Below the pieces are notes generated by a model. It had not been told where the DNA came from, did no database searches, and was given only the letters and a program-made list of their open reading frames with translations. A stretch of 64,000 bases of DNA from a virus (lineage: Duplodnaviria; Caudoviricetes): the IMG/VR virus record IMGVR_UViG_2772190736_000001, positions 26,634 to 90,633 of that record; one strand, 5' to 3'. Both the position numbers and the translations under genes were made by a program. Below are positions 52,861 through 61,285 of this stretch, in pieces; positions within the stretch are counted from its first letter, which is position 1; each line of letters begins with the position of its first letter.

Positions 52861-53268
52861 ATGACACCCGAAGAAATCAGTGACCGAATCGCCGCCATCC
52901 ATACCGCCGACCCTTACCAGTACTACTCCAAGTTCCCGCCCCTCTGGCGCGAAGTGCTCTGCGCCATAGCCGACGGGGCTCCCGACCCCCACCTCCTCGC
53001 CGCCGCCGCTCTCAACACCGGAAAGCCAGCCTCGGATATAAGGAAGCCCCTCCTCGGGTACGGGGCACGCCTCTCGCTGATCAAAGCGAGCGAAGGCGTA
53101 AGCGCAGCGAAAGAAGCTGCCGACCTCGGCCTCACCACACAGGCCATCTCCGCAAAACGCCGGAGCGCACTGAAGAAGCTCGGCGCGCGGGACGCCGCCC
53201 ACGCCATCGAGATCCTCCTCGCCTGCGGCGAGATCACCGAAGAAGACCTGGCACCCCCTGCGGAGTAG
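52861..53268 (+). CDS. Protein with C-terminal LuxR-type HTH
   Basis: G....EAA.DLGLT........ALKKLGARDAAHA. Confidence 0.7.
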   Translation: MTPEEISDRIAAIHTADPYQYYSKFPPLWREVLCAIADGAPDPHLLAAAALNTGKPASDIRKPLLGYGARLSLIKASEGVSAAKEAADLGLTTQAISAKRRSALKKLGARDAAHAIEILLACGEITEEDLAPPAE

Positions 53269-53286
53269 CAGGGCAGAACGCCCCTC

Positions 53287-54021
53287 TCACTTCACCGGCT
53301 TCCACACGGCACAGCCCTCGGACGTGAACTGCCCGTCCGACGACCGGATCGTCACCGTGATCTTCCGCGCGCTGGTGGCGAAGTTGTTGTCGATGATCTC
53401 CCCCGACTCACTGGTGCGCTCCCAGTAGCAGTTCTCCATCTTCCCCTCAGCCCGGTACGTCCCCGGTGGAATCGTCTCGTCCTCCCCCTCCGCGTTCGGA
53501 TTCGACGACACCACGAACGTCTCGTTCCCGAACCAGCGGTCGTACTTCCCCGACACCGCCTGCTTCAGCGTCTGCGTCCACTTCGGGCACAGCTTCGGGA
53601 TCCCCGCCTGCAGGATCGCCTTGCCGTCGCCATCTAGATTCCCCGACTCGGCCAGCCACTGCGGCCGCGACGACGAATCCACCGCGCTCACCGGCAGCGA
53701 CACGCAGATGTCCTTCACGAAGTCCGACGCCCTCGAATACAGCCCGTCGAACTCCCAGCCCTTCTCGTGCGCGAGCTTGTCGATCTCCCCCTCCGGGCCT
53801 TCGGCGAAGACCGGCTCCTCCGTGGCGTACGGGTCCTCCGTCGAGAACGGAAACTCCGTCGCCTTCGTCACCGTCGGCTCAACCGTCGGCGTCTCACTCA
53901 CCGCCGCCGGCCCGGCAGCCGCGCCCGACGCCCCGTCACCGTCCCCCGCACACCCGGATATCAGCATCGCCACCGCAGCCACCCCGGCCGCCGTAGCCCC
54001 CACCCCACGTACATGTCTCAT
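53287..54021 (-). CDS. Lipoprotein (possible superinfection exclusion)
   Basis: Lipobox LISG-C; IPPGTYR...CYWER......IIDN..GC..W. Confidence 0.8.
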   Translation of the reverse strand: MRHVRGVGATAAGVAAVAMLISGCAGDGDGASGAAAGPAAVSETPTVEPTVTKATEFPFSTEDPYATEEPVFAEGPEGEIDKLAHEKGWEFDGLYSRASDFVKDICVSLPVSAVDSSSRPQWLAESGNLDGDGKAILQAGIPKLCPKWTQTLKQAVSGKYDRWFGNETFVVSSNPNAEGEDETIPPGTYRAEGKMENCYWERTSESGEIIDNNFATSARKITVTIRSSDGQFTSEGCAVWKPVK

Positions 54022-54050
54022 GCCCCGCAGAATGCCACCCGAGCTCGACC

Positions 54051-54109
54051 GGGGCATCGAAAACGCCCTGATCGGGGATCATCACAGGTAAGGCGCGGGG
54101 CCGACGACA
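54051..54109 (+). promoter_or_regulatory. Putative late promoter and conserved leader (terminase)
   Basis: GGGGCA-N20-GATCAT-N7-AAGGCGCGGGGCCGACGACA; the 20-mer is identical to the scaffold leader. Confidence 0.6.
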
Positions 54110-54131
54110 ACCACACCACGGGAGCCCCACC

Positions 54132-54695
54132 GTGCCAGTCTCGAAAGCCCGGCAAGCAGAGATCGCACAGCGGCGCAGCCAGATGCTCATCATGAAGATC
54201 CAGGGCCGCACCGCAGCCCAGATCGCAGAGCACTTCGACATCTCACCCGCCACCGCGCGCTCCGACCTCTCCCGCGCTATCAAGAAGGCCCGCCGCCTCG
54301 AGGTCCAAGACGCCGAGCTCTACCGCTTCGTCCAGGGCTCCCGCCTCGAACACCTCCTGCGCGCGGTCTGGCCCGCCGCAACAGGTGCTCCCGGACCCGA
54401 CGGAGAACTTGTAGTCGACCTCAAGGCGAGCGAGCAGGCCCGCAAGCTAATCGTCGACATCAGCGACCTGTTCGGGCTCAAGGTCCCCGTGCGTACCGAG
54501 ATCAGCGGCCCTGACGGCGGAGACATCCCCTTCTCCAGCGGCGAGACCGCCGAAGTCATGGCCCTCATCGCCATCTCCGACCGGGACAACGCGGAGATCC
54601 CCGCCATCGACCCCGAAGCCGACTTCGACGACGAAGAAGACGAGGACGACGCCCCCGACGACGAGGACGAGGACGACGATGACGACGGCGCCTGA
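54132..54695 (+). CDS. terS: Terminase small subunit
   Basis: N-terminal HTH, EISGPDGG motif, acidic tail, overlaps terL. Confidence 0.82.
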   Translation: MPVSKARQAEIAQRRSQMLIMKIQGRTAAQIAEHFDISPATARSDLSRAIKKARRLEVQDAELYRFVQGSRLEHLLRAVWPAATGAPGPDGELVVDLKASEQARKLIVDISDLFGLKVPVRTEISGPDGGDIPFSSGETAEVMALIAISDRDNAEIPAIDPEADFDDEEDEDDAPDDEDEDDDDDGA

Positions 54696-56238
54696 CCTCC
54701 AGCCTGGCATCGAAGCGCACTACCGGTCCCTGCCTGCTGCCCAGCGCCGCAGGGTCATCGCCCGCGCCCGGCCCGAGACCCGGATCAAGCTGGCGCGGAT
54801 CGAGCGGCAGATGGCCATGGACCGCTCCCCGGGCGCACTCGCCGCAGTCCTCACAGGAGGCCGGGAGAAGCAGGCCCCCCACCTGGACATGATTGACAGT
54901 GCGTTCCGGCGGATCGCAGCCGGCGAACGCCTCCAGGTGATGCTGACGTGTCCCCCCCGACACGGGAAGTCGCAGCGCGCCTCCCGCTGGGGTCCCCTCT
55001 GGTACCTCCGCCGCCACCCTGAGCACCGTGTCATGATCGCTTGCTACGGCGCCGACCTCGCCGACGACCACGGCCGATGGGTCCGTGACCAGCTCAAGGA
55101 GTACTCACCCGCCCTCGGCATCAAGCTGCACCCCGCCTCCCACGCCGCTAACCGTTTCGACCTCGAACAGCGGCGCGGCTCCAGCGTCCGCGGCGGCATG
55201 GTCACCGCCGGCGTCGGCGGCGGCCTCACCGGCAAGGGCTTCAACCTCGGCATCATCGACGACCCGTTCAAGGGCCACGACGACGCCTCCAGCCCGGCCC
55301 AGCGTGAGCGCGTCTGGGAGTGGTACCGGTCGGTGTTCTTCACCCGCCGCGCGCCCGCCGCCTCCCTCATTTTGATCAACACGCGCTGGCACGAGGACGA
55401 CCTGTCCGGTCGGCTCCTCAAGCACGAACCCCACCGATGGCTGCAGATCGACCTACCCGCCCTCGCCGACAACCCCAGCGACCCCCTCCACCGCCCCATC
55501 GGCGCCCCCCTGTGGCCAGAGCAGTACGACGCGGCCGAGCTCGCCGACATCCGCGAGTCCGTCGGTGAACGCGTTTGGTACGCCTTGTACCAGCAGAAGC
55601 CCCGACCGCTCGAAGGCGGCGTGTGGAAGTGGGCATGGATCACCAACCACCGCCTCGACCTCGAAGCCTGGCCCGGCATTAGCCCGACCCGGATCGTCGT
55701 CGCTGTCGACCACGCCGGCGGCGACGCCATGCGCAACGACGAAGTCGGCCTCGTCTGCGCCGCCAAGGATGCCGAAGGCCACATGTACGTCCTGGACGAC
55801 CGGTCCCGCACCATGGGCGCCGACACCTGGGGCACCGAGGTCTGCCGCCTCGCGATCGAACGCCAAGCCGACGCGATCATCGTGGAGAACAACTTCGGCG
55901 GCGACATGGCCAAGCAGGTCGTCTCCCAAGCGTGGCGGGAGCTCGAGCGCGAAGGCGGTACCCAGCGCATGCTGATGCCTTCGGTCATCGAGGTGAACGC
56001 CAAGCAGGGCAAACGCTTGAGGGCCGAGCCGATTGCCCAGCTGTACCGCCAGGGCCGCATCCACCACGTCGGCGAGTTCACCGAGCTCGAAGGCCAGATG
56101 GTCACCTGGCTGCCTGGCATGGACTCTCCCGACCGTATGGATGCCGCAGTGCACGCCTTGACCGAACTCGCCGATCCGGCGGCCGTCGCCACGGGCAGCG
56201 GTTCGTACAACGACCAGCGGCTCGCGGGACGCCGCTGA
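54679..56238 (+). CDS. terL: Terminase large subunit
   Basis: PPRHGKS, IIDDP, TRWHEDD, LYQQ.P, VEN, SPDRMDA. Confidence 0.95.
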   Translation: MTTAPDLQPGIEAHYRSLPAAQRRRVIARARPETRIKLARIERQMAMDRSPGALAAVLTGGREKQAPHLDMIDSAFRRIAAGERLQVMLTCPPRHGKSQRASRWGPLWYLRRHPEHRVMIACYGADLADDHGRWVRDQLKEYSPALGIKLHPASHAANRFDLEQRRGSSVRGGMVTAGVGGGLTGKGFNLGIIDDPFKGHDDASSPAQRERVWEWYRSVFFTRRAPAASLILINTRWHEDDLSGRLLKHEPHRWLQIDLPALADNPSDPLHRPIGAPLWPEQYDAAELADIRESVGERVWYALYQQKPRPLEGGVWKWAWITNHRLDLEAWPGISPTRIVVAVDHAGGDAMRNDEVGLVCAAKDAEGHMYVLDDRSRTMGADTWGTEVCRLAIERQADAIIVENNFGGDMAKQVVSQAWRELEREGGTQRMLMPSVIEVNAKQGKRLRAEPIAQLYRQGRIHHVGEFTELEGQMVTWLPGMDSPDRMDAAVHALTELADPAAVATGSGSYNDQRLAGRR

Positions 56239-56464
56239 ACCCCCACCGCATATGCCGTTGGCGAGTTCGTGCACGCCTCTGGTGTATCCGCGCAGCCTGG
56301 TGGCAGGGTGAACGGCATGCGGCGCCCCGCCCCCACCCCCGCGGGCTGCCGACGGCCTTGCCTCCGAGCCGACGGGGGCAAGGCCGCGCCCGCCTCCCGG
56401 CTCCCCACGGGAGGCCACAGGCGTGAGCACCGTCGGCACCCGATGCCGACAGCAAGGGGACGAC

Positions 56465-56755
56465 ATGGCCGTCGTTGAAGCAAGGGCGCGGCTACCGCGG
56501 TGCTCCCGCTGTCGCGGCGGCTTGATCATCAGCGCAGTTGCCCCTCAGAACGACGTGCACGGCCGCCCTATCCATCTGGAACTGTGCCGAGCATGCGACC
56601 GGGGGGCGATCGATCGCCCTGCCGCAGGGATTCTGCTCCAGTGGTTTGCCGATGGCGGCGGCCACGACATCACCCGCGCCCAAGAGGGCGTCCACCTGCT
56701 CGTCGAATGGACCAGGGAGTGCATGGCCGCCCACGGCCTGCACTGGGCGCCCTGA
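56465..56755 (+). CDS. Small Zn-binding protein
   Basis: CSRC...ELC.ACD. Confidence 0.65.
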   Translation: MAVVEARARLPRCSRCRGGLIISAVAPQNDVHGRPIHLELCRACDRGAIDRPAAGILLQWFADGGGHDITRAQEGVHLLVEWTRECMAAHGLHWAP

Positions 56756-56794
56756 GCTCCCTGGACAGCAGTTGAACGGCCCGCGCCCCGGGCC

Positions 56795-56817
56795 TTGTCA
56801 GTGCCTCGTGGCAGGCT
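56795..56817 (+). promoter_or_regulatory. RecA-NDp-type promoter
   Basis: TTGTCAGTG-N8-CAGGCT. Confidence 0.55.
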
Positions 56818-56892
56818 GGCGATGCCTGGCGGCGCCCATCCTTGAAGCCGATGCCGCCGCCGGGCGCCCCCTCAACCACCAGGAGGATCCAC

Positions 56893-57054
56893 GTGGAGAA
56901 CTACCGGCTGGCATGGACGCAGGACGGACGGGACGGACGTCAGGTCTCCGCCGTCACCTACGGTCTGTCCGCTGCCGAGGACTACAAGCTCCTCAAGGAA
57001 GCCCAGGATGGCGTCACCGACGTCGAGATCGTTCCAGTGAAGCCCGGCGGGTAA
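56893..57054 (+). CDS. Small hypothetical protein
   Basis: AGGAGG RBS; VENYRLAW...VKPG. Confidence 0.7.
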   Translation: MENYRLAWTQDGRDGRQVSAVTYGLSAAEDYKLLKEAQDGVTDVEIVPVKPGG

Positions 57055-57068
57055 CCGGCGCCCGGACG

Positions 57069-57091
57069 TTGTCAGTGGCGGCTCGTAGCGT
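57069..57091 (+). promoter_or_regulatory. RecA-NDp-type promoter
   Basis: TTGTCAGTG-N8-TAGCGT. Confidence 0.65.
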
Positions 57092-57143
57092 CGTAAGCAC
57101 GAAGGCCGGGACCCGCCCGGCCAGGCGACGCAAGGAGTCGGTC

Positions 57144-57404
57144 ATGGGTGAGATAACGGTCAGCGCGCAAGACATGGACCACCTCCTGTGCGACCCCGCG
57201 AGCGCGTACGGCACCCCGTACCAGCAGGCCTACGCCGAGCTCGCCGCCTCGCACCGCGGCCGGCCGACCGCCGAGATCGTGCCGCTGCTCCGTGCCGCCG
57301 CCGACCGTGCGCTCCTCGGCTTCACCGACGCCGACCTCGCCGAGCAGGCCTGGGCGATCAGCAGCGGCGCCCCGTACGAGCTCCGCGTCCGCGTCACCCG
57401 GTAG
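57144..57404 (+). CDS. Small hypothetical protein
   Basis: AAGGAG RBS; MGEITVS... Confidence 0.7.
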   Translation: MGEITVSAQDMDHLLCDPASAYGTPYQQAYAELAASHRGRPTAEIVPLLRAAADRALLGFTDADLAEQAWAISSGAPYELRVRVTR

Positions 57405-57479
57405 GCCCGGAGGAGTGCGATCACGGGCCTGGGCTGCGTAGCCTGGAAGCACGTCCAGGGGGGTCCTGAAGGAGTACGG

Positions 57480-58391
57480 ATGCCCCGACCCCTATGGTCC
57501 GGAGCGGTGTCGTTTGGCCTGGTCACGGTGCCTATCAAGCTGGAGGCCGCGACCGAGAAGCACGACGTCTCACTGCGGCAGGTGCACCTGGAGGACGACG
57601 GTCGCGTCCGGTACCGCAAGACCTGCGAGATCGACGGCCAGGTCCTGGCCGAGGACGAGATCGGCAAGGGCTACGAGGTCCACAAGGACGCGGTCATCCC
57701 GATCACCGACGCGGACCTCGCGAACATGCCGCTGCCGACGGCGAAAGCCATCGAGATCGTGGCGTTCATCGACCGGGCCGCCGTCGACCCCGTCCAGTAC
57801 GGCGCCGGCTCGTACTACCTCACCGCTGACGGCCCGGTGGCCGCGAAGCCGTACGTCCTGCTCAGGCAGGCACTGGAGCGCAACGAGAAGGTCGCCGTCG
57901 CCAAGTTCGCCCTGCGCGGGCGCGAGCGCCTGGGCCTGCTCCGCCCCCTGGGTGACGCCCTGCTGCTGTCCGGGCTGCACTGGGCCGATGAGATCCGCTC
58001 CCCCGCCGAGCTCGCCCCACCGGACACCGAGCTGACCGACGAGGAGATCGAGGGTGCCCTCACCCTGATGAACACCATGGCCACCGGCCGCCTGGACGAC
58101 CTCGGTGACGAGCTCACCGACCACTACACCGAGGCACTCCATGAGGTGATCGCGGCGAAGGCTGAGCACCGGGCCCCGCAGCCGGTCGCGGAGAGCCATG
58201 AGCCGGTCGGAAAGGTCGTCGACCTGATGGCGGCGCTGGAGAAGTCGGTCGCCGAGGCCCGCGAGCGCCGCGGCGAGACCGATTCCGGGGGCGAGGCGAC
58301 GGTGCACGAGATGCCGAAGCCAAAGAAGGCAGCAGCGAAGAAGACCGCACCGAAGAAGACGTCAACGCCGCGGCGCCGGAAGACGGCCTGA
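57480..58391 (+). CDS. ku: NHEJ DNA end-binding protein Ku
   Basis: W.G..SFGLV.VP.KL, RVRY, KGYE, YYL, VVDLMAALE.S, basic tail. Confidence 0.96.
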   Translation: MPRPLWSGAVSFGLVTVPIKLEAATEKHDVSLRQVHLEDDGRVRYRKTCEIDGQVLAEDEIGKGYEVHKDAVIPITDADLANMPLPTAKAIEIVAFIDRAAVDPVQYGAGSYYLTADGPVAAKPYVLLRQALERNEKVAVAKFALRGRERLGLLRPLGDALLLSGLHWADEIRSPAELAPPDTELTDEEIEGALTLMNTMATGRLDDLGDELTDHYTEALHEVIAAKAEHRAPQPVAESHEPVGKVVDLMAALEKSVAEARERRGETDSGGEATVHEMPKPKKAAAKKTAPKKTSTPRRRKTA

Positions 58392-58393
58392 GG

Positions 58394-58783
58394 TCAGGGG
58401 AACTCGACCTCTGGAGCCGGCGCACGCCCTCCGTCGGGCCGCGTGACGCCAAGGCTTCCCCACGGGGAGCAGATGTCGCACATCTGCAGGTCCGGGTACT
58501 CCTCGGCCGCAGCCAGGACCCCGTCGCGGTCCAGGAGCTCCCCAGCCCCGTACTTGGCCCTGAGGCCGCAGTTGCCCCGGTGGAGGACCGGATGGCCCTC
58601 GGCGGCCCGCGGCGCCGAGATCACCCACGCCTGCTCGCGGCGCGCGACCTCCCTGCGCCGCTTCTCCTCCGCGACCTCGCGCTCCAGGTCCCGGATCTCC
58701 CGCTCCGTGGTCACGGCCTGGTACCGCAGCCACTCCAGCAGCGTCCGCTTCTTCTCCAGCCGGGCGGCTATCGGCAGGCCCAT
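58394..58783 (-). CDS. DUF6233-like Zn-binding protein
   Basis: Coiled coil, LH.G.C...C.IC.P. Confidence 0.7.
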   Translation of the reverse strand: MGLPIAARLEKKRTLLEWLRYQAVTTEREIRDLEREVAEEKRRREVARREQAWVISAPRAAEGHPVLHRGNCGLRAKYGAGELLDRDGVLAAAEEYPDLQMCDICSPWGSLGVTRPDGGRAPAPEVEFP

Positions 58784-58797
58784 GACGGCACCCCTGC

Positions 58798-59196
58798 TCA
58801 CGCCGCCTCGGCGGCCGCGGGCTGGCCGTCAGCCACGGCCAGGACATCGGGGTGGGACTGTAGGGCGGTGCGGGCCTCGATGACCATCGGCCCGCGCTCC
58901 AGGGTGCTCCAGAAGACGTGGGTGACGACAGCGGTCGACAGGTCCCGAATGAGGGCGCGCAGCCGCTCATCTTCAGCGCGCTGCTCCGGGGTGTAGCCCG
59001 GGGACGGAGCTCGCCCATCGGAGATGACGGCATTGGTGGTGCTGTTCACAACGGGCTCCCATCCGGGCATCGGCTCGACGGACCACGGAAGGGTCCGGCA
59101 CAGCGCCTCATGCTCGGCTCGGGCACGGTACAGCCGGGCCTGGAGCTCGGTGAGGTCCGCCGGGAAAGGGAAGGGGGTGGTGTCGTTCGCGCTCAC
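58798..59196 (-). CDS. Hypothetical protein
   Basis: FP.DL...Q...LPWS.EP..GW...H.FW motif. Confidence 0.75.
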   Translation of the reverse strand: MSANDTTPFPFPADLTELQARLYRARAEHEALCRTLPWSVEPMPGWEPVVNSTTNAVISDGRAPSPGYTPEQRAEDERLRALIRDLSTAVVTHVFWSTLERGPMVIEARTALQSHPDVLAVADGQPAAAEAA

Positions 59197-59204
59197 ACCA
59201 GGAA

Positions 59205-59220
59205 ACGTACCTCTGTTCGA
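59205..59220 (-). promoter_or_regulatory. LexA (SOS) box-like site
   Basis: TCGAAC-AGAG-GTACGT just upstream of the 59196 start. Confidence 0.5.
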
Positions 59221-59309
59221 TTTCCGGAGGCTAGTCGTACACACCACCTGCGACTACGGTCACCCAGACGGGCCAGCACCCGCAGCCCGCAACACGGGAG
59301 GGGACCCTC

Positions 59310-59426
59310 ATGAGCGACATCGGATGGGGCATCGTGGCCGACCCGGGCTGGGGCCTGGCCGACCCGGAGTGGGGCGTAGCGCGAGAACCCGAGTGGGGCG
59401 CGGCCGGCGACCCGAACTGGGGCTGA
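59310..59426 (+). CDS. 38-aa peptide with five D/E-x-x-W-G repeats
   Basis: MSDIGWGIVADPGWGLADPEWGVAREPEWGAAGDPNWG*; GGGAGGGG RBS; below ORF-track cutoff. Confidence 0.7.
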   Translation: MSDIGWGIVADPGWGLADPEWGVAREPEWGAAGDPNWG

Positions 59427-59483
59427 AACGCGAACGGCCCGCGCCCAAGACTTCTTGGACGCGGGCCGATCAACACGGCTTCC

Positions 59484-60338
59484 TTACACGGACGCCAGAC
59501 GCTCGCCCCGAGCCGTCAGATCCACGTCAATGACTTCCTCGACCTCATCCGACACATCCTGCTCAGCCGGGCTGATCGTAAGCAGCCGCTTCGCGGCCAG
59601 CTGGTGCATCAGGCCCACGATCGCCATGCTCTTCCCGGCTCCCGCCATGAGATGGAGGCGCATCCCCGTCTCCTCGGCAGCGAGCGTTTCTACGCGCATG
59701 ACGTCCTCAATCGGGCCGCTCAGGGCGCGAGCGTGTGCGTGCAGCAGATCGAGCAAGCAGCCCGCGTCACGTTCGCCGTGAACGATCGCGTTGCGTGCGA
59801 TACTCAGCGCGGCCAGGAGGTCACGCTCGGCGCTCGACAGGTCGACGGGCTTCGGCGGCCGACCGCCCCGCCGCTCCCAGCGCCGCTCGAACGCCTCGAC
59901 CTGCTCCTTCACGTAGACCGGGCCGGCCTTCAGGCGCGCCACGGCGGGCGGAAAGTCTTCGCGGTCCGTGAGCTGCTTGGCACGGGGGCGGCTGACGCCG
60001 AGCATCTCGGCGATCTCGGCGACGCCAACCAGGGCGGGAATGGCGGGCTCGGCGTTGCGCCGGTCCAGTTCCTGCTCGGTCATGGCCTCGATGCCGACAA
60101 CCGGGGCCTTCAGGCCGAGGTCGCGGGCGGCGGCCGTGACGTCCTTGAGGCCGGCGTCGGTGGCGTGCCTGACGGTGGACGCTTCGATGAAGAGCTGAAC
60201 GGTCAGGTTGCCATTGGGGGCGGTGCCGATGGCGGGCGCGGTTCCTGCGAGGCGATCGTGGTCGAGAAGCGCGTCGTAGAGGTCGTCCGGAGCATCGCGG
60301 TGGCCGAGCTCGACGTAGATGCTCCAGGCCTGGGTCAT
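59484..60338 (-). CDS. HicB-like antitoxin/HTH protein with C-terminal extension
   Basis: LVGVAEIAEMLGVSR.R...DFP HTH; follows HicA-like gene. Confidence 0.7.
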   Translation of the reverse strand: MTQAWSIYVELGHRDAPDDLYDALLDHDRLAGTAPAIGTAPNGNLTVQLFIEASTVRHATDAGLKDVTAAARDLGLKAPVVGIEAMTEQELDRRNAEPAIPALVGVAEIAEMLGVSRPRAKQLTDREDFPPAVARLKAGPVYVKEQVEAFERRWERRGGRPPKPVDLSSAERDLLAALSIARNAIVHGERDAGCLLDLLHAHARALSGPIEDVMRVETLAAEETGMRLHLMAGAGKSMAIVGLMHQLAAKRLLTISPAEQDVSDEVEEVIDVDLTARGERLASV

Positions 60339-60411
60339 GGTCGTCTCCGTTCGTGTCGTGATTCAAGGGCGGTGGTGTGGCCCGCCCGAATATCCGGGCG
60401 GGCCGCATGGT

Positions 60412-60609
60412 CTACGGGATGAATCCGTGTCGCTTCATGTGCGCGATGCAGTTGAGGAGGCTTCGCCTGTCCGAAGGAGTGCCCGGGAGGGTGGTGACCC
60501 GCACTCCGCCCTTTTTCACCAGCCAGTGACCGTTCTTGGTCGGAGTGACCTCGAAGCCCTGACTCTCCGCCTTCCTGATCAGCTGCTGGACGTCCCGCTT
60601 GCTGCTCAC
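60412..60609 (-). CDS. hicA: HicA-like mRNA interferase
   Basis: 65 aa; GF......GHW...TPSD. Confidence 0.75.
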   Translation of the reverse strand: MSSKRDVQQLIRKAESQGFEVTPTKNGHWLVKKGGVRVTTLPGTPSDRRSLLNCIAHMKRHGFIP

Positions 60610-60627
60610 CTTGACCTTACCCCCATT

Positions 60628-60677
60628 CCCTTAACACCGTCTAGAGATACTGTGACAGAAACCCTTAACATCGTCAA
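60628..60677 (-). promoter_or_regulatory. hicAB promoter with 14-bp direct-repeat operators
   Basis: TTGACG-N17-CACAGT; CCCTTAACAYCGTC at 60628 and 60662. Confidence 0.6.
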
Positions 60678-60805
60678 CCGTTTCCCGTCCCGGTGAGATC
60701 CGCACGGCACAACAAGCGGCGTGACAGATAGTTACGAATCACGACGCCTTACTGGTGAGTACGGGTCTCGGCCCCGCCAGGAAGGAGACCCGACAGCCAG
60801 TTCGG

Positions 60806-61285
60806 CTACGCAGCGTCCTGCTCCGGGCGCGGCGGCCGTATCAGTCCCGCGCCGATCGCGAGCGCCACAGCGTGCGCCCGGTCCCGCGCACCAAGGCGCC
60901 GCATGACGTCCCGCATCCGCTCCGCCGCCCAGTACTCCGAGCGCCCCATGCGCCGGCCCACTTCCGCGTTCGTGCACCCCTGAGCCACCAGTCCCAGCAC
61001 CTCGACGAGGACCGGCGGGACGACCACCGCAGGCGGAGGATCCAGCAGCCCGAGCTGACCCGCCACGTGCACGGCGTTCACCGTGTTCGCGGCGCCGAGC
61101 CGCGTGAACGTACGGGACAGCACGGAATGCACCCCGGTCGTGGAGAGGAACAGGGCGGCCCCGATGTCCCGGAGCCGCTCCCCGCGGGCCACCCTCCGCA
61201 GAATGTCGACCTCGCGGTCGGTCAGGTACGGGACGGGCCCGCCACCAGCCGGTGACGGGCCCGCCGCGCTGCTCGTACGGGTCAT
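60806..61285 (-). CDS. Tandem LuxR-HTH transcriptional regulator
   Basis: LTDRE..IL..VARG and L.LVAQG.TN.EV...LGARDRAHAV. Confidence 0.88.
   Translation of the reverse strand: MTRTSSAAGPSPAGGGPVPYLTDREVDILRRVARGERLRDIGAALFLSTTGVHSVLSRTFTRLGAANTVNAVHVAGQLGLLDPPPAVVVPPVLVEVLGLVAQGCTNAEVGRRMGRSEYWAAERMRDVMRRLGARDRAHAVALAIGAGLIRPPRPEQDAA

Noticed and set aside
59610-59665. Walker A-like MAGAGKS in the HicB-like protein
   Set aside because: No Walker B and too little sequence for an NTPase fold.
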